A DNA stretch of 64,000 nt from Acutalibacteraceae bacterium (GTDB taxonomy: Bacteria; Bacillota; Clostridia; Oscillospirales; Acutalibacteraceae): the NCBI GenBank assembly GCA_045593245.1, contig JAZNWJ010000043.1, forward strand, positions 36,254 to 100,253, written 5' to 3'. Positions 47,279 to 56,000 of the stretch are shown one piece after another. Numbering within the stretch: the stretch's first letter is position 1; every line of letters starts with the position of its first letter. The translations under genes and the position numbers were made by a program. The notes under the pieces were generated by a model, which worked only from the letters and a program-made list of their open reading frames with translations, ran no database searches and was not told the DNA's origin.

Positions 47279-47510
47279 ATATCTGCTACATAATTTAAAA
47301 CAAACTGAATATGAAAACATTTGTATTAACAAGGGGTTAGTATAATCTTTTGTGCTCTTTAAGTACGAATATGGAAAAAATGCAAATTCCGCTTAATGAG
47401 CACAGAATGTTTTTCTTGTTTGTTTTGAATTGTGTAGCAACAATAGGAGTTTGCATTTTTCGTGCACTCTCTTATTGGGGGTGCACTTTTTGTTTTAGGG
47501 GGGTGATAAA

Positions 47511-47717
47511 ATGTTTGAAAAAATTTATTATTTTAATAAAGGCACCAAAACATTGCACATTAAGGGATTATGTAAAAACTCTGTCGGTTATGAATATGAA
47601 ACTTATGCCACTGAGCAGGAGGCGATACAGGATAATGGTAGATATATCCATATGTGTGTGGAATGCGAGAACGAAAAAGAAAAAATTTTACAAAACGCCC
47701 TAAAAAAACAAAAATAA
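47511..47717 (+). CDS. Small Ada-like metal-binding (H/C...CxxC) domain protein
   Basis: A GGGGGGTGA RBS lies 5 nt upstream. KTLHIKGLCKNS...YATEQEAIQDNGRYIHMCVEC follows the pattern H-x3-C ... (F/Y)xT/SxxEAxxxG(Y/R)xxCxxC seen in Ada N-terminal-type zinc modules. That pattern is recalled from memory. Confidence 0.5.
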   Translation: MFEKIYYFNKGTKTLHIKGLCKNSVGYEYETYATEQEAIQDNGRYIHMCVECENEKEKILQNALKKQK

Positions 47718-47795
47718 TATGAGAAAATCATTACAAAAAATTTACATACTTCTATTAAATTAAAATACATATAATCTTTAAAGGGGATTTTTAAA

Positions 47796-48392
47796 ATGGA
47801 AAAATTATTAGGTAAAAAAAGACAACTTAACCTTATTGAATTAGTCATACAGATAATATCTCTCTTTTCGTTCTTTGCAATTAAAAGCGTAGAGATGACA
47901 TACACAAGATATTCAGGGGTGCAAACCACTTATGGTACGGCAAGAACAAGTCTGTTTGGTTTAGCTCACGAGAGTAGTTTTGGATTACTTTATTTATTTG
48001 CGGGTTTAATGTTTGTAAACACTATTCTTTGTTTAGTATCGATATTGGGAAATAATGCTGACAAAGACGGAAAAATGCACATTGCTATACCTATTATAAA
48101 TTTAGTTTTCTTAGTTTTCGTCTCGGGCGCCGGAACTCCATACGGGTATGATGAATTGGTAATAAATATTGTATACCTTGTATTTATGTTCATATGCCTG
48201 ATTGGAATTATTGTATTAGCAATTTTAAAACGTAGTGCACTCGTTATTCCTAAAGAAACAAACACCGCGACGATTATAATGCAACAAGAGAGCAATGCAG
48301 ATGAATTAAAAAAGTTTAAAGAATTGCTTGATAATGGGATTATCACACAAGAAGAATTTGACGCTAAGAAAAAAGAATTACTTGGATTATAA
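47796..48392 (+). CDS. Polytopic membrane protein with a C-terminal SHOCT domain
   Basis: It has four TM segments and a tail ADELKKFKELLDNGIITQEEFDAKKKELLGL, which is the SHOCT motif. An AAAGGGGA RBS precedes it. Confidence 0.72.
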   Translation: MEKLLGKKRQLNLIELVIQIISLFSFFAIKSVEMTYTRYSGVQTTYGTARTSLFGLAHESSFGLLYLFAGLMFVNTILCLVSILGNNADKDGKMHIAIPIINLVFLVFVSGAGTPYGYDELVINIVYLVFMFICLIGIIVLAILKRSALVIPKETNTATIIMQQESNADELKKFKELLDNGIITQEEFDAKKKELLGL

Positions 48393-48398
48393 AAGCAT

Positions 48399-48440
48399 AA
48401 AACTGCTCACACTTAATCGGTGTGAGCAGTTTTATTTTCT
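48399..48440 (+). terminator. Rho-independent terminator
   Basis: aaaactgctcacac-ttaatcgg-tgtgagcagtttt followed by attttc. Confidence 0.7.
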
Positions 48441-48516
48441 TCGTTAATGTTTCATTATCAGGAAGAACCAGCATCGCGTTTGTATGTACAAATGCTTTTG
48501 GGCTAAGCCCAAACCC

Positions 48517-48894
48517 TTATTTTGATTTTATAGTTTTAAGCGAAGAAATTAACATTCTACGTATTGCGCCGCAATCGTTTTGTAATGCTTTATAGTTTTC
48601 TTCTGCCATACAATTTGTTTTGAAAAGAAGTTCCAACCAATATTCTGTTTCATAACACTCTTTTTGAGCAATTTCAAGTTTGGAAATAAAATCTTTTGTT
48701 CCTTGTGCGTATTGTGCTTCGTGTAAATTAGCACCTATTGAAGTAGCAGAACGAAGTAATTGATTTATTAAGACAGACTCTTTATGAGTTGTTTTCATAT
48801 CACGACAGAGAAAAACAACAGTCTTTGCAAACTCTTTTGCTTTATCTCTTAAAATGCTATCAGCCAAAATTATCACCTCAAGTTTATTATACAT
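48517..48894 (-). CDS. Four-helix-bundle protein (23S rRNA intervening-sequence protein / Avd-like family, TIGR02436-type)
   Basis: INQLLRSATSIGANLHEAQYAQGTKDFISKLEIAQKECYETEYWLELL is the family signature. The start is uncertain: ATG 48894 has no RBS, and an internal TTG follows GAGGTGA. Confidence 0.78.
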   Translation of the reverse strand: MYNKLEVIILADSILRDKAKEFAKTVVFLCRDMKTTHKESVLINQLLRSATSIGANLHEAQYAQGTKDFISKLEIAQKECYETEYWLELLFKTNCMAEENYKALQNDCGAIRRMLISSLKTIKSK

Positions 48895-48913
48895 AAAATG
48901 AGAAAGTCTTTCA

Positions 48914-49133
48914 AGTGATATTCCAACTTCGTCGGAGTGATATTATTGCCTTAAGGCAATAGTGTTATTGAAACCTTTCGGTTTCAGTGTTATTTTATTC
49001 GCCACCAAAACTCGCGAAGCGAATACCACTCGGCAAAAGCCGAATATCACTGCGCAGCAATATAACTCGCCACAAGGCGAATAAAACTGCGAGACTTCCT
49101 TATGGGAAGTTTCGCTAAAGCAAGGAATTTTTT
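48914..49133. repeat. Mosaic stacked-hairpin repeat element, large copy: four AGTG(A/T)TATT-plus-hairpin units, a 28-nt core, then four hairpin-plus-AATA(T/C/A)(C/A)ACT units
   Basis: Forward 9-mers lie at 48914, 48936, 48961 and 48986, and mirror 9-mers at 49022, 49043, 49059 and 49080. Intervening perfect hairpins include attgcc-ttaa-ggcaat, gaaacc-tttc-ggtttc, cggc-aaaa-gccg, cgcc-acaa-ggcg and an 11-bp stem gcgagacttcc-ttatg-ggaagtttcgc. The core at 48997-49024 is the reverse complement of 57981-58008. Confidence 0.8.
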
Positions 49134-49162
49134 ATTTAAAAAGAAAACTTTTGATTTTAAAG

Positions 49163-49741
49163 TTATTTTATATATTTAAATTCAGCCGCTTCGTAATCGG
49201 CAGGATTATAATTTTTAATATAATTGATTATTTCGTTTGGATTATCGGATACAAACAGCAAATCCATATTGGTCTTTGGCATAAATTTTTTATCAATTGC
49301 ATTATTAAGCATATCAATAAGGGGATTGTAGTATCCGTTGGTGTTGTAAATTGCTATCGGTTTTTTATGAGTTGCGAGCTGACGAAGTGTATATATTTCG
49401 AAAAACTCGTCAAACGTTCCGATACCACCCGGTGTGATGATAAACGCATCTGACATTTCGTCGAGTAGTTGCTTTCTTTCGCGCATTGTTTCGGTGTAAA
49501 TCATCTTGGTGCATTCAGTAAATAACGCGCCGTCAACGTTGAAAAATGAAGGGCAGATACCAATAATTTCACCATTTTCACTGTGCGCCCCACGAGCTAC
49601 AGCCCCCATAAGACCTGCGGCACCGCCGCCAAAAACTACGGAATGATTGCCAAAAGCTATGGCTTTACCCAGATTCTCGCCCGCATCAAGAAAAGATTTA
49701 TCTATCTCGTTTGACGATGCGCCATATATACATATTTTCAT
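49163..49741 (-). CDS. LOG family (TIGR00730) Rossmann-fold nucleotide phosphoribohydrolase
   Basis: It has the GGGAAGLMG and PGGIGTFDEFFE (PGGxGTxxE) motifs. Confidence 0.87.
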   Translation of the reverse strand: MKICIYGASSNEIDKSFLDAGENLGKAIAFGNHSVVFGGGAAGLMGAVARGAHSENGEIIGICPSFFNVDGALFTECTKMIYTETMRERKQLLDEMSDAFIITPGGIGTFDEFFEIYTLRQLATHKKPIAIYNTNGYYNPLIDMLNNAIDKKFMPKTNMDLLFVSDNPNEIINYIKNYNPADYEAAEFKYIK

Positions 49742-50208
49742 ACTATTACCTCATCGTTTAAAATTGCGCTTGTTAACGTTTCGCATACGTATTCAAGGCG
49801 AAGAGAAAAGAAAGGAGTATCGGGGTTTTCAATAAGTTTTAGGAAAATTTTATCGCCTTGCCATAAAGGAAGGTTATAAATATCCTTCTTGTCAACCCAT
49901 TCGAGTACGCCTTCGTCACATTCCCTTGTTTCACCGATAAAATCGGTGCAGGTAAACAAATGCATATATTCGGTAGGCCATCTATCTGATACAAAGGTGA
50001 TAATTCCGCGATAGTTACATTTTCCCAGGTTGAGTCCTGTTTCTTCAAAAGCTTCACGGCGCACACATTGTTCGGGGCTTTCTCGGTCTTCAAATTTGCC
50101 GCCGATACCAATCCACTTGTCCTGATTTAAGTCGTTTTGCTTTTTGATTCTGTGAAGCATCAGATACTTGCCGTCTTTTTCGATATAACAAAGGGTAGTG
50201 TTTATCAT
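49738..50208 (-). CDS. NUDIX hydrolase (MutT / 8-oxo-dGTPase-like)
   Basis: It has the Nudix box GIGGKFEDRESPEQCVRREAFEETGL. It overlaps both neighbours by 4 nt. Confidence 0.87.
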   Translation of the reverse strand: MINTTLCYIEKDGKYLMLHRIKKQNDLNQDKWIGIGGKFEDRESPEQCVRREAFEETGLNLGKCNYRGIITFVSDRWPTEYMHLFTCTDFIGETRECDEGVLEWVDKKDIYNLPLWQGDKIFLKLIENPDTPFFSLRLEYVCETLTSAILNDEVIV

Positions 50209-52430
50209 TCTTCAGTATCCTTGCTTTCTTGTTCTAACGTTTCAGGCATCGTATAACCTTCAAGGAAGAAAATGGAATTGTTTTTGTGCTCGGAATCAAA
50301 AATATTATTATACTGGATTTTTTCGTATTCGCTGAGCATCTGGGTATATTCACTGCTACCGCTCCAACGGAAATAATTGTTGTTTGCGTCAATGTAGCCT
50401 ACAGTGTCAATTACGGGAAGTGTTTGGGAAAGCTTGAGCAAATATTTGTTATACTCGGTAAGTTTAACGCCTGCAACGTCAAGAACGTATGAAGAAAGAT
50501 AGTTTGCGCTTAACTTGTCGATTTGTTTTTCTTCGATATCAAAGTTTGCCCAGATAAAGAATGGAGTTATGTGGCGCGCTTGTTCTTGTTCAATTGTGAG
50601 GTTGTTTATATTATTTACACCCAAAAGGGATGCGATAAATTCGGTTTCGATAGAAGGCTGGTGATCGCCAAACATACAAATAACGGTAGGCTCATCCACA
50701 TTTGAAAAATACTCTATAAGGTCACGAAATGCATCGTCACTTGCTTTTACAAGAGAAAGATATTTACTTGCCTTGTTGTAATAGGTTGCTGTCGACGTAA
50801 TCTGGATGCATTCATCAAAATTAGCCGCACCGTTTGAGTAACCGCCGTGATTTTGCATAGTTACGTTAAATGCAAAATATGGTTGTGATTTGTCACGGTT
50901 TTCGTAGTTTTCTATAATAACGTCATAGTTGTAACTATCGCTTACATATTGACGTGTAAGCATATTCTTGCGGTCGGGATAATAGGTATCGATAAGTGAC
51001 TGCAGATAGTCGGCATTGCTACCGTTCTGGATATAATCATTAAGGATTGAAACATCAATAAGATTTTCAAGGAAACTGTGGGAATTGAAACCTAAATTAT
51101 TGTATACGTTTACACGGTTCCAACCCGTTGAATAATAGGGGTGGAATGCCCAAGAAGAATAGCCCTGTCCTTCAAGTGTTGATACAAGTGATGCCAGCGG
51201 ATTTTTTACATAAAGCATATATGCATTACTACCTGATGGTAAAAACGCAGTTGTGTGACCTGTAAGGAACTCGAATTCAGTGTTGGAAGTGCCTGCGCCT
51301 ATAACGGGCACGTAAAGGTTACCCTTAACGGTGTTTTCGGTAAGACTGTCCATAAATGGCATAAAATCTTGATTTGTTGTAAAATCACCAAGCACGCGTA
51401 AATCAGACAACGATTCATTCATAATACAAATAATATTAGGCTCGTTACCTGTGGGCTTTATAACGGGATTTTCTTCTTTATCAACCGTGCTCGAAACGTA
51501 GTCGCCTACGCTTTCGGCATCGTAACCACTGGGTTCGTTCATATATAGATATTTTGTATTGCAGAAAAAGCTGAATACAAAACCATAATTTCGGTAACCT
51601 CGAGATTGATTCCAGAAGTCAGGTTTTACACCTGCATCTGCGAAAATTGAGGTGAAATAGAACAAGCACAAAAGGCAGGAGAAAAAGGTGCCCATAAACG
51701 TACGGGAGATTATTTTAGTTATAAGATTATAGTGAGGAGTTTTGGTTTTTATACCTAAAACAACTATAAAAATAAAAATAAGTGTGCCGATAATTACGGT
51801 GTGAGTGGGAGTATAGTTGTATGTGTTTGCAACATTTGCCGCAGTGGTTATGGCAAAAAAGTCCATAGGAATAAACGGTGTACCGCGGAACAACATAACA
51901 TAGCAGTGTGCTAATGCAAACCCGTAGCAAATTGCGTTTGTGGCAAGGTAAGATACCCTGAAACTACCGCTGACAGTAAAAAACAAAAATTGAAGCAGCA
52001 ATATAACCATATAATTGGCAAAGAAGCCGAGATAGGTCATATTGTAAATAAAAATATTGTTAAGACATTCGGTCATAGTCATAGTAACAATAGGGAAAAC
52101 CATAAAGAACACAAAATGCCATATTTTATTAAACAAATCATTTTTGATTTTTGTGTCGAAGGTTATAAAAGCACCAATAATGAGTGGCGCAATAAGAGCA
52201 AAGGCGAAAAGCCACCACTTGGCAGAAATTTCGAGCTTGGAGAATTGGTTGTTAAAAAACACTACAATCAACAACAATACGCCCGCAATAGCCGAACCTG
52301 TTATACGGGATTTTTTTGTACTGGTGATTTCAAAATTATTTATAAAGAAATTTTTTATAATGGTTAAAATCTTTGGAACTACAGTAGCAAGAAAACCAGA
52401 AACAGTATTAAATACTTTTTTCGCATTCAT
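50205..52430 (-). CDS. LTA synthase family protein (polytopic N-terminus plus extracellular sulfatase/phosphoglycerol-transferase domain)
   Basis: It has a multi-TM N-terminal half, then an alkaline-phosphatase-superfamily domain (IICIMNESLSD, GAGTSNTEFEFLTG, MFGDHQP). Confidence 0.83.
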   Translation of the reverse strand: MNAKKVFNTVSGFLATVVPKILTIIKNFFINNFEITSTKKSRITGSAIAGVLLLIVVFFNNQFSKLEISAKWWLFAFALIAPLIIGAFITFDTKIKNDLFNKIWHFVFFMVFPIVTMTMTECLNNIFIYNMTYLGFFANYMVILLLQFLFFTVSGSFRVSYLATNAICYGFALAHCYVMLFRGTPFIPMDFFAITTAANVANTYNYTPTHTVIIGTLIFIFIVVLGIKTKTPHYNLITKIISRTFMGTFFSCLLCLFYFTSIFADAGVKPDFWNQSRGYRNYGFVFSFFCNTKYLYMNEPSGYDAESVGDYVSSTVDKEENPVIKPTGNEPNIICIMNESLSDLRVLGDFTTNQDFMPFMDSLTENTVKGNLYVPVIGAGTSNTEFEFLTGHTTAFLPSGSNAYMLYVKNPLASLVSTLEGQGYSSWAFHPYYSTGWNRVNVYNNLGFNSHSFLENLIDVSILNDYIQNGSNADYLQSLIDTYYPDRKNMLTRQYVSDSYNYDVIIENYENRDKSQPYFAFNVTMQNHGGYSNGAANFDECIQITSTATYYNKASKYLSLVKASDDAFRDLIEYFSNVDEPTVICMFGDHQPSIETEFIASLLGVNNINNLTIEQEQARHITPFFIWANFDIEEKQIDKLSANYLSSYVLDVAGVKLTEYNKYLLKLSQTLPVIDTVGYIDANNNYFRWSGSSEYTQMLSEYEKIQYNNIFDSEHKNNSIFFLEGYTMPETLEQESKDTEE

Positions 52431-52593
52431 ATAAGTGCAGTCCTTTCTGACGAAATTATTTGTTTATATTAAAACAAGACACAAAAACTCATTATACACT
52501 AAACTACAGTATACCACTTTGCTTTATAAAATACAAGGTTTAATATATTAAGAAATCTTTAATAAAAGCATCAAAAATTTGTTAAAAATTGTA

Positions 52594-52625
52594 TAAAAAA
52601 GCCCCGCTCATAGCGGGGCTTTTTC
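52594..52625 (-). terminator. Rho-independent terminator after the ileS operon
   Basis: On the minus strand, aaaaagccccgc-tatga-gcggggctttttt. Confidence 0.75.
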
Positions 52626-52635
52626 GGCGATAAAT

Positions 52636-52980
52636 TTAATCGTTCAACATTTTTAATATTTCATTATTCTGACAGAGGATATGTCCAAGACCGAAAATAG
52701 GAAAGAATATTACTGCCGCTAAAATGGTAAAAACCAATATTGCCGCAATACCTAACAGAACTGAAAAAGCAGTTTTTGTAAATAAGAAGAATGCGATAAC
52801 AAATCCTATGGCAATCATAAGAAAAGCAAGCACAAAGGCGATGGCTTTAATAACATTACCAAGGTTTTTATAAAGACCGCTTGTGTACGCTAAAACGGGG
52901 TTCTTTTTTGCTCGGAATTCCATAGAAGTAGAGCTTATATCTTCCATTTCGGGAACCTGATTCTTATTGTTTTCGGACAT
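52636..52980 (-). CDS. Hypothetical small membrane protein co-transcribed with ileS
   Basis: It has two long hydrophobic segments and lies 34 nt downstream of ileS on the same strand, before the terminator. Confidence 0.5.
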   Translation of the reverse strand: MSENNKNQVPEMEDISSTSMEFRAKKNPVLAYTSGLYKNLGNVIKAIAFVLAFLMIAIGFVIAFFLFTKTAFSVLLGIAAILVFTILAAVIFFPIFGLGHILCQNNEILKMLND

Positions 52981-53014
52981 AGCGTTTATCCTCCTTTTTA
53001 AAATTATATGTTAT

Positions 53015-56000
53015 TTATACGCACTTAACACCAATTGTAAGTTTTTCACCATTGATATCCCATTCTTTGCTGTAGCCGTCAACATTGCCTGCGGCGATTG
53101 AATCAGCAAGAGTATCGCCCGCAATTTCACTTGAGAGTTTATTTGCAATGGCGATAACCTTTTCGCTACCGCTCATAGTTACTGCAATATGGTCTGTTAC
53201 GTTGAAGTTTGCTTCCTTACGCATTGTCTGAATCTTGCTTACAATTTCACGTACAAATCCTTCTTCAATAAGCTCTTCTGTAAGGGTTGTATCAAGTGCA
53301 ACTGTAACACCGTGGTCGCTTACAGTGAAGAAACCTTCTTTTTGTTTTGCCTCAATAAGCAAATCTTCGGTGCCGAGTTTTACTTTACCAGAAGCAAGAG
53401 CAAGTACGATTTCGCCATTTGCATCAAGTTCTGCTTTAGCGGCATTGCCGTCGAGCTCTGAAAGAGCGGTACGGATTTCACCAAGTTGTTTACCGTACTT
53501 AGGACCAACAGTCTTAAGTTGTGGTTTGAAACTATAAGATACAAGATTGTCAACTTCGTTTGTAAAGTCAACCGACTTGATGTTAAGCTCATCCTTGATA
53601 ATATCGGCATAGAAATTGTCAAGCGGTGTATCGCATTTAACATACATGGTGCTAAGCGGCTGACGATTCTTGATTGCTGAGCCGTTACGAGCGCTACGAC
53701 CGAGAACTACAATTTCGAGTACGCTTTCCATATTTTCTTCAAGTTTGGTATCAATTGCTGCTTCGTCGATAGCGGGGAAGTCGCAAAGGTGAATACTTTC
53801 GGGAGCGGATTTATCAACATTGCGAACGAGGTTCTGATAAATGCTTTCGGTCATAAATGGTATCATGGGAGCTGCTGCTTTAGCAGTTGTAACAAGCGCG
53901 TTGTAAAGCACCAAGTAAGCGGTTTCTTTATCAGCGGTCATACCCTGTACCCAATAACGCTCACGACCGCGACGAACGTACCAGTTGCTCATTTCGTCAA
54001 CAAATTCCTGCAAAGCTCTTGCAGCTTCGGGGATGCGGTAGTTTGCAAGGTTTTCGTCAACAGCCTTTACCATAGAATTAAGCTTTGAGATAAGCCATTT
54101 ATCCATAACGGTAAGGTTGTCGGGGTTAAGGATGTGCTTGGTTGGGTCAAATTTATCAATATTTGCATAAAGCACGTAGAACGCGTATGTGTTCCAGAGT
54201 GTGCCCATAAACTTGCGCTGACCTTCAACTACTGCCTTGCCGTGGAATCGGTTAGGAAGCCAGGGAGCAGAGTTGGTGTAGAAATACCAACGAATAGCGA
54301 CAGCACCATAACTTTCGAGTGCGTCGAACGGGTCAACCGCGTTGCCCTTGGACTTAGACATCTTCTGACCGTTTTCGTCCTGAACGTGGCCGAGAACGAT
54401 TACGTTTTTATAGGGCGCCTTATTAAAAATAAGGGTTGAAATCGCCATGAGCGAATAGAACCAACCACGAGTCTGGTCAACTGCCTCTGAAATAAAGTCA
54501 GCAGGGAACTGTGACTCAAACAAATCCTTGTTTTCAAAAGGATAATGGTGTTGTGCAAATGGCATTGCGCCTGAGTCAAACCAGCAGTCGATAACTTCGG
54601 GTACGCGGTGCATAGCTTTGCCACAGTGAGGACACTTGATTGTAACTTCATCAATATAAGGACGATGAAGTTCAATATCGTCGGGGCAGTTGTCGGACAT
54701 TGATTTTAATTCTTCAATACTGCCGATAGAATGCATATGACCACATTCGCAGGTCCAGATATTAAGTGGTGTACCCCAATAACGGTTACGGGAAATACCC
54801 CAATCCTGAACATTTTTAAGCCAGTCGCCAAAACGACCTTTACCAATGCTTTCGGGAATCCAATTAACGGTATCATTGTTGCGGATAAGGTCATCTTTTA
54901 CTGCGGTCATCTTGATAAACCATGATTCACGCGCATAGTAGATAAGTGGAGTATCACAACGCCAGCAGTGTGGGTAGTCGTGTTCAAACTTGGGCGCGTC
55001 AAAGAGAAGCCCCATTTTTTCAAGGTCAACAAGTACCAGCGGGTCAGCTTTTTTAACAAATACACCTGCATAGGGTGTCTCGGAAGTAAGATTACCCTGA
55101 CCGTCTACAAACTGAACGAATGGAAGGTCATATTTTCTGCCAACCTTGGCGTCGTCTTCACCAAATGCCGGAGCAATATGAACAATACCTGTACCATCAG
55201 TCATTGTAACATAACCGTCGCAGGTGATGTAGTGACCTTTTTTGTTTTGCTTTTCGCAAGTGGGTTTTACAAAATCAAAGAGTGGTTCGTATTCTTTATA
55301 CTCAAGCTCTGCACCTTTATAGCTTTCGAGAATTTCATAAGCAGGGGTGTCTTCTGTTGCGAGTTTACCGAGAACCTTGTCAAGCAAAGCCTCTGCCATA
55401 TAGTAGGTGTAGCCGTCAGCGGCTTTGACGCGGCAATAGGTTTCATCGGGGTTTACGCAAAGCGCCACGTTTGAAGGCAACGTCCAAGGAGTTGTGGTCC
55501 AAGCAAGGAAATAAGCGTCTTCACCCACTACCTTAAAGCGAACAACTGCACTGCGTTCTTTAACATTTTTATAACCCTGTGCTACCTCGTGAGAAGAAAG
55601 CGGTGTGCCGCAACGAGGGCAATAGGGAACAATCTTAAAGCCTTTATAAAGTAAGCCTTTGTCAAAGATTTGTTTGAGCGCCCACCATTCTGACTCGATA
55701 AAGTTGTTGTCGTAGGTAACGTATGGGTTATCCATATCAGCCCAGAAGCCAACGGTTTTTGAGAAATCTTCCCACATACCCTTGTACTTCCAAACGCTTT
55801 CTTTACAGTGACCGATAAATGGATCGAGACCATATTCTTCAATTTGTTCTTTACCGTCAAGACCTAAAAGCTTTCCAACCTCAAGCTCAACGGGAAGACC
55901 ATGTGTATCCCTCTCGGCTTTACGGGGAACCATACAGCCCTTCATTGTACGGTAACGGGGAATCATATCCTTGATAACGCGGGTAAGTACGTGGCCTATA

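Noticed and set aside
47350-47703. A 117-aa ORF overlaps the small Zn-protein gene.
   Set aside because: It has no RBS, its sequence is low-complexity and unlike a real protein, and it overlaps out of frame a shorter ORF (47511-47717) that has a strong RBS and a recognisable Cys/His motif.
48475-48494. A near-perfect 20-bp palindrome, gcgtttgtatgtacaaatgc, lies between the convergent SHOCT and four-helix-bundle genes.
   Set aside because: It lies in a 3'/3' intergenic region next to another hairpin (tttgggc-taa-gcccaaa). It is most economically a terminator-type structure for the minus-strand gene, and I have no operator context.
48517-48894. The four-helix-bundle (Avd-family) gene could mark a diversity-generating retroelement.
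   Set aside because: There is no reverse transcriptase gene anywhere in the window. I see no template/variable repeat pair (about 100-150 bp differing at adenines) near it or in neighbouring 3' gene ends. I treat it as an orphan IVS-protein-family gene.
48914-49133. The hairpin array could be a CRISPR array.
   Set aside because: The repeated unit is only 9 nt and is imperfect. The 'spacers' are 7-27 nt self-complementary hairpins. The orientation flips at a central core, and there are no cas genes.
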